Source: Gnetum montanum
Taxonomy: Eukaryota; Plantae; Gnetophyta
DNA: 64,000 nucleotides
Assembly: GCA_015680685.1 (NCBI GenBank)
Contig: MNCI01000312.1
Coordinates: forward strand, 335,866 to 399,865
Direction of reading: 5' to 3'
Shown here: one piece after another, positions 37,259 through 50,687 of the stretch
Layout: every line of letters starts with the position of its first letter
How positions within the stretch are numbered: the first letter of the stretch is position 1
The notes under the pieces: generated by a model
Databases searched by the model: none
What the model saw: only the letters and a program-made list of their open reading frames with translations
Told to the model about the DNA's origin: nothing
Made by a program: the position numbers and the translations under genes

Positions 37259-38727
37259 TTGCCCTCCTCCATACAAATTTTTACCCCCCATAGCCATTGT
37301 TACACCCCCTGTAACACCTAACATTGTAGATTTCGTGCAAGGAGTAGCAAAGGTTCAAAAGAATTGGGAGTTATGGAGCATCTAGATCATGGAGCAACAG
37401 ATTGCAAACCCCCACTGAAGTGAACCCCCTACTACCCTAGGCACATTTTGTACACATTCCTCAAACTCATTCTTTATTCTTTTTAATAAAGTTTAAGATT
37501 TTTAGTTTTGTGTGCAATTTGCATTTACTTTTAGTTTTTCCAGATCTATAATTTTTGCATTTTTATTTTTACAATCTAATTTTTCCTCCTCTAAGTCCCT
37601 AGGTAATTTGTCGAACTATCTAGGGCACCTTGAATTCCATTTTTTGGAGGCCCTATAGATTCAGGATTAAAGCTGTTGCACTGAGATCTTCGGTTTCCCA
37701 GTGATTAAATTTTTTAATCGCTAAATTTTTATGGGGCTAAAAGGAAGGCTTCTACCCAATTTCTATGTCTAAATCAAGTTTTCTTATTGCCAACATTTCC
37801 TTTTGTTTCAAAACTATGCAATTTTAGCATTAAAACCTTTAAAAACCCTTCAAAACCCAATGTTGCGACATATTCCCCCCTACAATCAAAGCCTAATGTG
37901 GAAGTTGTACGAGTTTGGGTTTTCAAGATTTTCATAGTAGTTACTATGAATTTCAAGGTGAGTGTTGGCATCCCATCAAAACCTTTGAAAAGAAAAATAA
38001 TATTTTTCATCTTTTTAGGGTGTTTTTCATACACCCCTTAGTGTGGGTGTTTAGGTTTTGGCAAAATTTCATAATAGTTGCTAGAAATTTTTAGAGCTAG
38101 CTAGGAAGGGTGTTACCCCCTTGGACCCAAACCCCTTGTTGTGAAGTTTTCGTAGCAAGGTCAATGTTGCTAATTTCTTAAAAACATACTTTTAGAAAAA
38201 TCAAAGTTTTCACTTTGGTTTACTTTTCAAAAAGTAAATCCCCTCTCCTCTAATGTTGGAAAAGTGTTAGATCCCTCCATCTCACCACTTTCTTTCCTTC
38301 TGACCATATCAAGTGTTTAGGTAGCTAGGAAGTCAACATAGAAGTAGGGGGTAAGCCACTATAGAGGTTTTCACCTTTTCATTTTTGGTAAAGGGGTATA
38401 ACCCCCTATAACCCCCACTTATCATTTATAGTAAGTAACTTATTTTGGCTATTTTTATCATTTTTCTATAGTTAGGGAGCTAGGAGAGGTTGGAGTGTGA
38501 TCTCGCCTCTTTTCATTTTTAGTAAAGGGGTATACCTCCTTTGCTAGCCATTTACTATTTATAGTAAGTGATCCATTTTCAGCTATTTTTGCTTTTTTTA
38601 GCCATTTTTAAATTTCACTTGCTGGAATTTGCACTTTTTCCACCTTTTGTAACCTATTCAAACCATTTTCAACATCATCATCATATCTTTTAGCCGATCA
38701 ATAGTACTACCTCTCAACTTAATAAAC

Positions 38728-41700
38728 ATGGTATCCAACCAAGATGTAGTTCATATTTATGACCCAAAAGACCCTGTGGTCATAGAATGAATGCAATCGC
38801 TTAGCCAAAGAGGAAAAAACCTAAATTTTGCAATAATCAATGAGGAATTCTACAAGTTCCTCTATGCCAAGATATAATCCAATTTCTTGATACCATGCTC
38901 TAAATCTAACAATAAGCATCAGTTCAAAATCATATGTTGGAATGTGAAAGAATACATCCCATCCCCCTATGTCCAAGTTTCGCTCATAAACTTTTACATG
39001 AAAATGGTCATACAACTCATAGAGGTTGATGAGTTTAGTAAGGAAATTAGCTCAGAGGATTGGCTAGAAGAGGAAGATGAGTTTGAGGCTAAATAGGAGC
39101 TCGACACCTTCGTTGGAAGTCTTTTCCAAACTTTGGTTCCCCAAACAACCATGTCCAACTCCACATTTCCTACTTCATTGATGGAACTAATCCCTTGGCC
39201 TAACTTTTATTCTATCCATGCTATCATATTTGGATCCACACCCATCATTTCCACACACTAGACACAACCCATGTTCCAATCCATTTCCTTATTCTATTTG
39301 GTACTCTTTTCCACACTACCTAACTTTGTTCACCTAGCCATGGCAATGTCTACTTCATCATCTCCATTTGTCATACCAATGGAACTTGCATTGGAGTCCC
39401 AAGAAATAGAAGCCTCTCATACTCATTTTATCCCCTTTTTGCCTCAAGTTCTAGCAAAAACATCTTTCTCCTTATTTAGCCCATCTTTGAAGGTCGTAAC
39501 CTAGCATCTCCCTTCAATGATGCAGCCCATTGCAAGGCTCCGAGCCTTTCAACCACAAGTCTTAGAACTTGTTCATCAACCATCAACACAAATACTGCAA
39601 CTCATAGGGATGCCTCAAGGCCTCGATCAATCCTTCCAAATGATCCAAGACCTTAATAAAGAGTTGTGAAAACTTAAATCCAACATAACTTAGATGGTCA
39701 AGGTTCTAGATTTCTATCAAGATGATCCTATAAGCCCTATGGTGCCTCAAATAACCTTGCCTGCATGCTTGCCTATTCCAAACTTCACCAAATACAATGG
39801 TGAAGGGGATCCCAACACACATATAGTAACCTTCTGATCTGAATGCCTCTTCTTGCAAGCTTGGCCTCATATGATATTATGGATCTTTCCCATGCCCCTC
39901 ATAGGTAAGGATTTAGATTGGTTTTGAACCTTGCGTAAAGGTTCCATCTCTTCCCTTAAGGACTTAATTAACCAATTTCTCAACTACTTCAGATACAACT
40001 TGAAGAAGGATGCCACATTGGACTAATTGATGAAGGTGAGGTAAGGGCCACTTGAACCAGTCAAAAGGTTTATTCAAAGATGGAACTCAATTCTTAATAA
40101 GATCCCATAGCCTATTGTTGAAATCCACCTCTTAGCCATCTATAAGGGAGTAGGAAACAACTTTATCAAGTTAAAGTTGTACTACTGAGAGCCCTGGTCA
40201 TTGAGCTAAGCCTTCTCACAAACCGAGAACATTGAGGAGGCAACTAAGGCAAGCAATAACCTGGCCTATGTGGCTTATAAAAACCAACATGCAAGAAGAG
40301 ATAACAATAAAAGGACACATAATTGTGGTTGTAGTAATAAAAGAGTCAAAACAAGGGGAGAGGCAAGGATCACCACCATGCAACACATCCCCTAACTCAT
40401 CGCAACGCTTCACTTCCTATGTCCCAAATTAACCAAGAAAAAACTTTGGGTGTAAGGATAGGTCTCAGTACACTAGGTTTCCTATGAAGCCCTCTAAGCT
40501 TCTAGAGTAGTTACTTAAAGACAACCATATACAACATAAGAAACTATTTGAAGAGGCTCACAAGAGGTATGATAATCTTTGTGACATAGCTAGAGACCCA
40601 ACAATAGCTACCAAAGATGATCCTAAGCTACCAAAGTACTTTAGGCTTGATAGGTACTACCATTATCATCAAATGACTAGTCATAACACTAATTATTTTC
40701 TAGCATTAAAGTATGACCTCCAAAAGATGATAAACCATGGAGAGTTGGTAGTGAATGAGCCTAGCTCTCCAAGTGCTAATAACAACTCCTACACTATAGT
40801 CTCATTCATGGAAACCAAGCAGCCTAACCCTCCTAGGAAACTATTTATCATTAGAGTACCATCACAATCCAAGAACCTAAAGCCAAGAGGACCATTCATT
40901 ATATAGGTACCACCTCCTCTGGCTCCTAAGGAGCCTTTCATCATACATGTCCCCCTTTCAATGGCTTAAACATCACAACATAAATGACAAGTTGCTAATC
41001 TTCCAAAGCCCAAGGAACCATTTGTTATTTGGGTCCCTCCACCTTCAACAAGTAAGACCACAGCAACCCATGACCAAAGCCCACCTGTCATGGCCAACAA
41101 CTCAGAGGTTAGCAAGAAACAATCATCACAATTCTAGCAAAGGCAACCTATCAACAAACCAACAAATAAGTCCACTAAAGGTAACCAATTGAGACCTATA
41201 TCAAAGTCAACTAAATCCATGGACAAGGGGCCCAAGGCACATATACCATAATCCAAGCCACAAATCCAAGGGAGAATCGAGGAGGTTAGAACCACCAAGG
41301 CCAAAACATCATAAGCTAAAGGGAAGGGCTTCGTTGCAATCATGGACAAACCTAAATGATCCCTTTATCAAAAGAATACGTCACTAAACTTGTACGACCT
41401 AGTCATGACCTCTCATATTCATAGGAATGCACTAGCTCAAGTGTTGACTTCTATCCTTATAAGCAGAGACATGCCTGCCAGTAGAGAGTCAGTCCACTCT
41501 ATCATTGAGCATAATTCACTTAGGGAAAATGGGCATCAACCCATGCTCAACTTTCATGTTAGTGAAGTGAAGGTTGACTCATGAAATGAAGAAGTACTAT
41601 GTGCTCCTCTCCTTATCATATGTGTTGGCAAATACAAGGTTCACTATGTTCATGTGAATGATGGGACGACCATGAATATGGTATCATACTCTGTTGTTGG

Positions 41701-42233
41701 CAAGCTAAGCTTAACTAAGAATATCCAAGTGACCAATACCTCAGCACTCAAGTCATTAAATTGTTTACAAGTACCAGTGCAAGGTTCCATCACTTTGGAT
41801 TTTGTAGCCAGTGAATAGTTTCCCACATTTGCCAACTCCCTAGTGGTTGAAGAGATACCTAATTTCAACTTGATCCTAGGAAGACCATGGTTGGTGAAGC
41901 TTCAAGTAGTTTCATCTCCTATACATAAGGAGATTCACTTGCCATATGATGGTGTGAAAATTGTGCTCTATGGGGACAATGTGTTGGTACCCTTAGTTAA
42001 CTATGTCAACATCGATCAACATTCAAAGGTAGAGTTTCAAGAGGAAACTCCTGACACTTAGACCAGGGCCACCCACAATGAGAACAACAATGATGCAAAT
42101 AGTACTAACTCTATGACATGGGAAAATCAACAAAAATGCCTACAAATTGCCATGCTAAATGAGAGAAATAATGATTGTAGAATCATGCCAAAAAGATTCT
42201 TTGATCTCTCAAAGATTAAGCAACAAGTTCATG
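38728..42233 (+). pseudogene. gag: gag-protease of B3 (degenerate)
   Basis: DFYQDDPISP, PNFTKYNGEGDPNTHI, YYHYHQMTSHNTNYFLALK, protease VHYVHVNDGTTMNMV and FNLILGRPWL. Confidence 0.87.
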
Positions 42234-43052
42234 GTAAACATCTCATCTATGCTTTTGCCAATTGTTTGTTTACCTTTACAACATTATATCTTGTTTCAAT
42301 GTTGGTTCTAGCCTTATGTGCTCTTTCAAGGGCATCCCATGCTAGACAGGCATGACCTCATGGCCCAACAAGACCTAAATCTAGCACTATGACTTGTGAT
42401 GGCCTTAAATTGGCGATCTAGCCCACTAAGGCCTAAAACTAGCAATATCATGACCTGCTAAGGCCTTAAACTGTCAACGTTATCGCCTACCAAGGCCTAA
42501 AACTAATGAGCATAACAAACTCTTATTCTCATTCTTATACCAACGTTGTAGCTAGTTTACCTAATGGCATTATTTGCAAGTTTTACTTATCTGCATGCAC
42601 TTTACTTTACAATAATCATTATAACATATTTTTATAGCCTTTTCACATCTACCCTTTATGCATTTAAAACATAAAAATCTAGAGCTAACATGTAGCCATA
42701 GTAACACTATGTGACAACAATCAAAGAATACCAAAATGTCCATATGTCCATGGCCATAGGTACACCATGCACCATACGATAATTAAAACATTACATAGTC
42801 ATCAATGAGTTCATCAAGCAAGCAAAAATTAAGTCATGGGAGGAAGGGAGGGGCTCATTGAGTACATCATCACCAACCACATCAACATCATTGTGTGAAG
42901 CCTACAAACAACAATAAACCAAGTAAACATTAATAACCATTATAGCCATAACACATGAAATCATTGACTACAACATATTTGCAGGCATCAATTACAATAT
43001 TATGTTTATAACAAAATACTTGGTGTGGATTAGTATTCTTAATAGGCATCTT

Positions 43053-43145
43053 CATTGTGAAAACTTCTTGTTCAATACCATTGTTCCATCCAAGCATCGC
43101 TAGATAATTCATCATTGCCACTAGCAAAAAGCCCATCTCTCTAAA
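43053..43145 (-). pseudogene. Isolated exon fragment of organellar/bacterial-type glutamyl-tRNA synthetase
   Basis: ttttcctag|FREMGFLLVAMMNYLAMLGWNNGIEQEVFTM resembles the GluRS segment [31 protein letters not shown] that follows the KMSKS loop. An acceptor site is present and no neighbouring exons were found. Confidence 0.8.
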
Positions 43146-43731
43146 CTAGGAAAATAATTCATTTCAATAAAGGAATCTAAGGAAAACCCTTTCTTAGAAG
43201 ACCTCTTCTAAGAAATTCCAGATAAGGAAGTTGAAAATAATTAACAACCAAGAAAAAATGAACTATGCACAAATCTAAGTTAACTACATAGAATCATGTA
43301 AGATACTTTATCCCATTTATTTCCCTTATATCCCTCCTTCCGGCTGCAAAGAAATATGAATGGTACAAGTCTTAGAGTCAACCCAAAGTTATCAGCATTG
43401 CCACGTTAAATATCTAATTCCCTCATCGTTGCTAAAACAATCATGCATTACATAACTGATTTGTAGTTAAATATCCGGGAAACCATTTGATACGGATGAA
43501 TGCTAAGTCATGAAAATTTAATACAAACGAATGACCTGAAAGCCACTTTCACATGTTCTCCCACTCGTATAAATGTTCTCAAATTGATGTTAAAAAAAAC
43601 ACACACACACAAAACTGAACACCTGAGAACACGCGCGTAGTTATGTTACGGTTGTAAAAATAAGACATTTTTTTGACTACACGATCTTCATGCAATGTAC
43701 TGTCAAAGAAATAATGAACGATCTCCCCAAC

Positions 43732-44151
43732 CTAGAGGTCGGAGAGCAGGCCCAAGTCCTCAGGCAGGTACGCAGCGATATCGGCGTATTTGAGATTGAT
43801 CCCGGCGATAATTTTGATGCTAGAATTGTCCAATGCAGGGGAGCTCGTGTAGTTGCAGACCTCGGGGCCGACCTAGGAATGCGTGATGTTCACGGGCTCA
43901 AAAATGATGGCCTCCTTCCACGCCTGCAAAGCAATGGAAGCATGGTGCAGCCACGGATTCTGGAAATGCAGGGATGGATCCACCTGAACGAACTTATCCT
44001 CAGAAATGCAAGTACCAGAGATGAGACCTCAACCCAGGTCACCTCCGGCGTCTCCAGAGATCGCCTCTAAGTCCAAGGCCAAGGTAAGTGCAAGCAACAG
44101 CCTTGCGGCCATTATTACCCACACACGTTTGCTGTTCGCTGTGGCCATCAT
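43732..44151 (-). pseudogene. LRX: Leucine-rich repeat extensin (LRX/PEX) N-terminal fragment, pseudogene
   Basis: Signal peptide, then VDPSLHFQNPWLHHASIALQAWKEAIIFEPVNITHS*VGPEVCNYT...IAGINLKYADIAAYLPEDLGLLSDL*. In-frame stops at 44029, 43873 and 43732; truncated in the first LRR. Confidence 0.9.
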
Positions 44152-46095
44152 TGGCTCAGCCCAGCATTTGTCGTGAATGCTAAAACAAGAACACAAAACA
44201 CACACTCGTTCCCTACAATCCTTCGACCACAAAATAGAACAGCAACGCAAACCAGACCAAACCAGAACCAAAACCAGACCAGAACAGAGGTTCTGGGCCT
44301 CGCTCTCTTTCTCTGTCGCCATTGCCAGCGGCGTCGTTGTCCTCCCCATCCACAATGCCACCGTCACCAGCAACGACGGCAAAGTCGCCCAACAGTTTTC
44401 GTCTATTATTTTATTGATTTTGATATGTTGCCACTCCGCCCATTCTTTGTGAAGTTCTAAATTAAATGAAACTTAGATGAATTAGTTTCATACTTATATT
44501 ACATAACTATAATCCCACTATTTATTCCACTGTTTTATGTGCCTAACACCTTTAACTATCATCATTTTATAACCTTAATTTGTACTACTGTTATCCCTTC
44601 TTCTTCATCATATCATACATTACCTTTATGGACTTATGTTATACTACTTTATAAAAAATAATAAAAATAATAATAATAAAAAAATATTTGGTAACAATGT
44701 TATAGTAAATTTAATACCTAGTCTGCCATGTTTTATTTTGTTTTCACTCAATTTTATCTTACCTTTAACTTTATTTTACTAAATTTTATCCTATTTCTTA
44801 CCATGGTATAACTTCATTTTGCATTATCTCACCAAGTTCTACCTAACTTTTGCCTTATGATAACCCAACCAAGTGAAAACAGTAGCACCATGGCCCACTA
44901 AGGCCTTAAATTAGCAAAATATACCTTTATTTAACTATGTTTTTTGCCTTACTCAGGACTTGGTTGACTTGATTTTACATTAATTAATGTCATTTACCAT
45001 CAACATAGCCCTATTTGACCTTTATTTAACAACATTTTACATGGTTTTTGACCATGATTTGGCCTTTATTTGAACCCATTATCTATAATTTAAACTTTGT
45101 ATAACCATAATCACCTTATTCTCACCCCTTATAGCCTTTATTGGCCACATTTAACCTTGGTTTAGCCTTTGATTGGTGTCAGGTGATGGAGTTTAATCAT
45201 CATTTAACACCATGACACCATGGCCCACTAAGGCCTAAAACTAGCACTATGGCTTGCCAAGGTCTTAAATTGACAAAAGTATAACCATGTTTGCATTATG
45301 TTGTATTGCCTTATAGCCTTTGTTGATATTATTTGGATACTTGCATGACTTTTGTTGTAGCATTTTGTCTTATTTATGTATTATAACCATAGTATTTTGC
45401 ATTATTGTTAGCATTATTTTATTGGTTTTATCAGTTTTTTATCATTTTGTTACATAGGTGCCTTTTGATGTGCTTATGTTGTCATGTAGATTGAGCCAAG
45501 TAAATGAGGAAGCAAATTGGACTAGCCTTAAAGCCTAAGTAAACCCCTCTCATGATGTTGTCAAACTAAGTTAACCAAAACTATCCAAACCTTGAGCTTT
45601 GAAACTTGTTGGCACATTTTAGCCATTTCATGGAATAGAGATATGGGACGATTGAGACCTTTAAAATATTTCAATATAACTATTTCGAATAGCAAGATGT
45701 AGGTTGAAAAGGTATTGATTCATTCGTTACCATTAGCTAAAAAGGATTGGATGAAAAGATGGAACAAAAGAAAGAATAAATAAATAAAAACAAAGATGGA
45801 AGATCGCAAAAATGGTTCAATGAAGGAAAGCGGCAGATAAAAGGCCACCTTTTTGGATTGTGCATGTGTGCCGGTAAGGTCAATCTCTTCACATTGCCGT
45901 ACTCGGCACCTCGCCTGGAGTTTCAGATCCGCTTTGCATTTGGACGCATCTCTTTATCTGGCGTGCACCATGGCCATCTTGGTATTTGGATCAGGGATTC
46001 ATCATCATCGTGTGCGTTGGGTTTTGGCTCTGTCAAACTTAGAGCAGACGCAAAGACGATAATGCTTCATTTCTCAAAAGCAGACTGAGACTCCC

Positions 46096-46495
46096 ATGGC
46101 GGCACAAGCTTTGATCTCCTTCGGCGCCATTTCGGCGTGCCAGTCCTCGCTGGATGCTTCACGTGTGAATTCGTTAGTTCGACCTTCCAATGGCTGCTTC
46201 GGAAGCGTTGCAAACGCAAATTATTCGAAAACGTCGTGGCCAAACGCTTCGCAATTGTCAACCACAAGGTACCTTAAAGGATTTGCGTATGGCGGAACGG
46301 TGTCGTCGATGTCATTTCGAGGTAGATCATGCTTTATCAGGGTGGTTCAAAGGATGGTATTGTGAAGTCTGCGTTGGAAACAGATGCAAAAAACGTATCT
46401 TCCGATGCTTTGAAGGCTGCATTGGATGAAGCTCACGGCAGGGCTGCGGCCGCAGAAGGTGAAAGGGAAAAATTACTGGATGAACTAAACAAAAG
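46096..46495 (+). pseudogene. 5' fragment of a plastid-targeted coiled-coil protein, possibly the long coiled-coil alpha-amylase type; frameshifted
   Basis: Ser/Ala-rich transit-peptide-like ORF 46096-46365, then in another frame DALKAALDEAHGRAAAAEGEREKLLDEL, which recalls the N-terminal coiled coil of that plant amylase family. No catalytic domain is seen. Confidence 0.45.
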
Positions 46496-47550
46496 GAAAC
46501 TTTTATGCTTTCCAAAGCATGCCACTGATGCCAGGAAAAGACCAAGCAAGAATCACGCATGGATTTGCCAAGAATCAGATATCCAGAAGAAAGACAGAAA
46601 GATCGCTCATGAAAAAAAAAACATTAGCGTGACCCAATGTGCAGCCAAATGACAAAAGTATCAAAGCCCATGGCCAAGAACCTGAGATCTCGCACTCATA
46701 GGGACAAATGTGACATACTATCCTTTGGGGTGGATATTTTTCTTTTTAACGACTTGAACGGTCTACAAAGTTAAATGAAATAAATGAGCAAGTAGCCAAA
46801 CTGAAACCAGTAAACCCGTTTTACGTCCAGAAACCACTAGAAATGGTTTTAGTTGCTTCCTGCTACAAGATCACAGAGAAATTCCTTCAGTGGAATCACG
46901 GACACACTCCTTCGATATTCTGGTGCTTGTTGCCACTCTGCAGAATTTTTATGAAGCGATCAATGAAGGTTGATCAAAATCTTTATTATTTCGAATTGAG
47001 ACAATACGAATTATAAGCGTGCAGAAAACCATAAGGGCGACCATTTTGTGTATCCAAGGCTGATGAAAACAAGCATACAGAAAAGCAAGCAGAAAGGTTG
47101 AAAGAAGCCATAATGGCCATCAGCCGAACCAAAGGAATTCTGGCCTGTTCTTCCAGAATCGTATGTTCAGCCACGCTGTTCACAATGGCAAAGGATTACC
47201 AGAAATAATGGTGGTAGCAACTGAACACCACACAACAACATTACCGATGCAGCGACAGGGCCTTCTTTCGTGGTGGTAGTTGATATACGGTTTTGACAGG
47301 GTGGGATAATTTGAAACTATTTACCGGTAGTTCCAGGCTTGACGCCTTCATAGTCAGACTTTACATTCGGAGGCGTTCTTAATGATGCCATGTAACACCG
47401 GATTTAAATTTCTTTTTCTAGCAAATTACATTTTTCCAAAGAAGCTAGTAGAAAATTTTACGTGGGTTCAAAGTGCAAATGCAGATAATTTATTTATATA
47501 ACCTTACAAGAATTGGCTGCCACCACCACCAACGTCTACACGAAGGTGGA

Positions 47551-48980
47551 TGTTGCATTATTTTCTTACTACCACTTGTTCATAAAATTACTAGGGTTTT
47601 AATGATATTTAACATTTAAAACTTAAAAATTCTAAATACATAAAAATAAAAAATTACATGGAGCTCTTATAATATGGAGATCTTGGATTTATATTAAAAA
47701 ATTATTATTATATAGGCTATTGCTTATAAAAGTAATATTTGTAATATTTACACATGCCAATGTTAGCATGATTTTCTCCTAACTTTATGTATAAGTTACA
47801 ACTTCCTAACTTATTGGGCAAGTAATATCTCCTAACTTGTTGGACAAGTAATATTTGCTAACTTGTTGGGCAAGTTATAACTTCTTTACTTGGGAGAGAA
47901 GTTAGCTAAGATATTTTGGAATATCTAACTACCTTTTAAACCCTATAAAAAGGCTTCAGGGGTTAAAAGGAAGGAGGGAATCACACACTGGAGACTTGGG
48001 AAGACACTACTAGCTCTCACTTGGAGACACACTTTGGGTCTTGGGAAGAGCATTGATAAGAAGAAATTGTGAAAAATTGTTTGTAAGATGACTTGCTGAA
48101 GAAAATATTTCAGCCTCTTTGTCATAGTCCTATGAGTTATGCTTATTGTTTTTTATTTTGTTTAAATTTTTTAACTAGTGGTTTACATAGTATCATGCTT
48201 GGCAAGTAATTTTGGGATTTTTAGATTGCTCTTNNNNNNNNNNNNNNNNNNNNNNNNNNNNNNNNNNNNNNNNNNNNNNNNNNNNNNNNNNNNNNNNNNN
48301 NNNNNNNNNNNNNNNNNNNNNNNNNNNNNNNNNNNNNNNNNNNNNNNNNNNNNNNNNNNNNNNNNNNNNNNNNNNNNAATTTTTGGGTACCATAGTAGGA
48401 TTGTCTTGAAGAAATTGCTTATTTGAGCCTTGGAAGTTTGAACAATTCGTAGTTATTGAATTTGGGATAGCTTTATTGCGAAGTGTTTACTCATATCATT
48501 TTACCTTATTTAAGCATTTGAGATCTTTACACAAATCTGCTTTCTTTTTCTCTTCTGTTTATTTCCATTGAATCTTGCTCTATTTCTAGTATTCTTGTGG
48601 AACCATCTCTTTCTCTAAGAAAAATTAGAAGTAGATTCGTAGAGTTGTGCTCAAATGTTTTTGCAAAATTTTATTTGTTACAAGTAGGTATTATAAGGAC
48701 CACATAGACTAGGCAATTGAACAGAATAAGAACTCTCAACAACTCATAGTACTTTGCAAAGTTGGCTGAATCTCTTTAAGATAAGTCATTTATAGTTTAC
48801 ACACAACGCAATCGTTTCATTTATCACAACCGCACACCGCAACAACACATACACATACTCACATTAACTACTGAGTCTATTTGGAGGTATCTGGGCCTTG
48901 GTGTTGCTAGAAGAACAGCAAGCACCTAAATCCTATTCGAGGATACTCGTTGGTGGTCACGTCCCAAACGGTCGCCAACA
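47551..48980 (+). repeat. 5' LTR of Tat-like element 'C'
   Basis: TGTTG..CAACA termini, about 27-bp repeats at 47775-47900, TATAAAAA at 47944, followed by a PBS. Confidence 0.7.
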
Positions 48981-48987
48981 GTTCTTT

Positions 48988-49004
48988 TGGCACTAGAAGG
49001 AGGG
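48988..49004 (+). other. PBS of element C, tRNA-Asn type (TGGCACTAGAAGGAGGG)
   Basis: Lies 7 nt after ...CCAACA and has the same motif as family B. Confidence 0.82.
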
Positions 49005-49106
49005 CTGCAAATTTAGTCTCTAAGTTCATAAGTCTTATAATTTTAGCACATCAACTGTTCTTTGTTACTATAAAGGCTTAAGAAATGAATTAAATATTTT
49101 TAGTTC

Positions 49107-49547
49107 ATGACCAAAAAGATTGATAGTTTGGAAAGTTTAAAAGTTTCAAAAGATATTTTTGATTCTAAGACTAATTCTTCATCAGAAGAAGAACAAGAGA
49201 AAGATTTTGAATTGGGAACAAATAGTGGAGTGAAAACTAGAAGATCANNNNNNNNNNNNNNNNNNNNNNNNNNNNNNNNNNNNNNNNNNNNNNNNNNNNN
49301 NNNNNNNNNNNNNNNNGAAAAGCTTATTTAGCTGAAGAATATATTCACATGTTTGAGTTAGCTTTAGCTCATGCAAATATTCAACATCAAGATCAAGCTT
49401 GTAGGTTGTTTGTATCAAATTTAAAGGGTATGGCTCAGATTTGGTATTCAAACTTACCAAATAATAGTATTACAAGTTGGGATGACATGAAGAATCTTTT
49501 CTTAGCCCAGTTTGGTAATCAATTAGATCAACAACAACTATACTGTG
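49107..49547 (+). pseudogene. gag: gag fragment of element C, interrupted by A2
   Basis: ACRLFVSNLKGMAQIWYSNLPNNSITSWDDMKNLFLAQF is a typical retrotransposon gag motif. Confidence 0.88.
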
Positions 49548-50554
49548 TGATGAGTCATGAAGTTGCTGGTTGAGATATCGTAGCTGTGATATCACAGCCT
49601 TGTTGTATCAGTCACTGTGATATCACAACCCTGTTGTATCAGTAGCCACGATATCGCGTACGCGATATCGTAGCTGACGCGATATTGCATCCCCCACGAT
49701 ATCGCATACGCGATATCGCAGTGCACTGCCATATCTATAAATAAGAAGTAGCTCTCCCTTGTTTCAAATCCCTATTTTAGAGTAGCGAAGCTCTGGCAGT
49801 TTGATCCCTCCAGTGTTAGATTTTTTCCTGTGTCTGCCCGCAGTGTGGTGAATGTAATTGTACGGTGTCTTTATTCGAGTGTGCCATACTTGGACACACA
49901 CATGACCAGTAATAAAGATCGAGATTACTTCATCATTGCAGCATTCACTTTGTTATTTATTTAATGTTATTTACTATTTTCTCTCTCACCCTTAAACTCC
50001 TACAACGTGGAACGAGTACGACTTGATTACGAGCATTTAAGTGTGACTGCTTGGTAGCCCAGTGGTGTAGCTAGGATCTACGCTTGGTAACCCAGTGGCG
50101 TATNNNNNNNNNNNNNNNNNNNNNNNNNNNNNNNNNNNNNNNNNNNNNNNNNNNNNNNNNNNNNNNNNNNNNNNNNNNNNNNNNNNNNNNNNNNNNNNNN
50201 NNNNNNNNNNNNNNNNNNNNNNNNNNNNNNNNNNNNNNNNNNNNNNNNNNNNNNNNNNNNNNNNNNNNNNNNNNNNNNNNNNNNATTTTCTTACTTTTTT
50301 CTCCTAGCTTAGCTTAGTTAATATTATTTTCCACTACCTTCAGGAGTAGCATAGATTAGGAACACATCAAACACCTCATCTGGACTAAACCATACATGAC
50401 ATATGCAATACTAGTCCAGGTGGGAAGATAGCAAACTGTGAGCTAAGGCTAACTATCTAGGTGCCACAACTAGTTCATCTGCGGAGTTCGACTAGATTGC
50501 GCATGCGACGCTCGTTTTGTATGGTTGAGTGTAGGGGTACCTTGCCACTCATCA
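49548..50554 (+). repeat. 5' LTR of A2
   Basis: TGATGAG..CTCATCA termini, repeated from 54799. Confidence 0.9.
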
Positions 50555-50555
50555 T

Positions 50556-50573
50556 TGGCGCCGTTGCCGGGGA
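50556..50573 (+). other. PBS, tRNA-Asp type (TGGCGCCGTTGCCGGGGA)
   Basis: Canonical Athila-lineage PBS, 1 nt after the LTR. Confidence 0.92.
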
Positions 50574-50687
50574 TGGTGCTAGTTATCTAGATTAGTTATA
50601 TCATACAAGGTCGCTATAAAGGACTTAACAATATATCTTTCAGAAAATAATAATTATTAAAAGTCACGCTTAAACTCACACACAACA

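Larger units (their letters stand above)
37260..45640 (+). mobile_element. Divergent family-B copy 'B3', no LTR or PBS visible, with host fragments inside its intron region
   Basis: Leader-like DNA, gag-protease 38728-42233, donor G|GTAAAC at 42233/42234, motif arrays at 42350-42510 and 44890-45280, acceptor AG at 45488-45489 and a short RT-exon start. That all of this is one copy is inferred. Confidence 0.6.

Noticed and set aside
43690-44070. 126-aa plus-strand ORF
   Set aside because: It is the antisense shadow of the LRX pseudogene on the minus strand.
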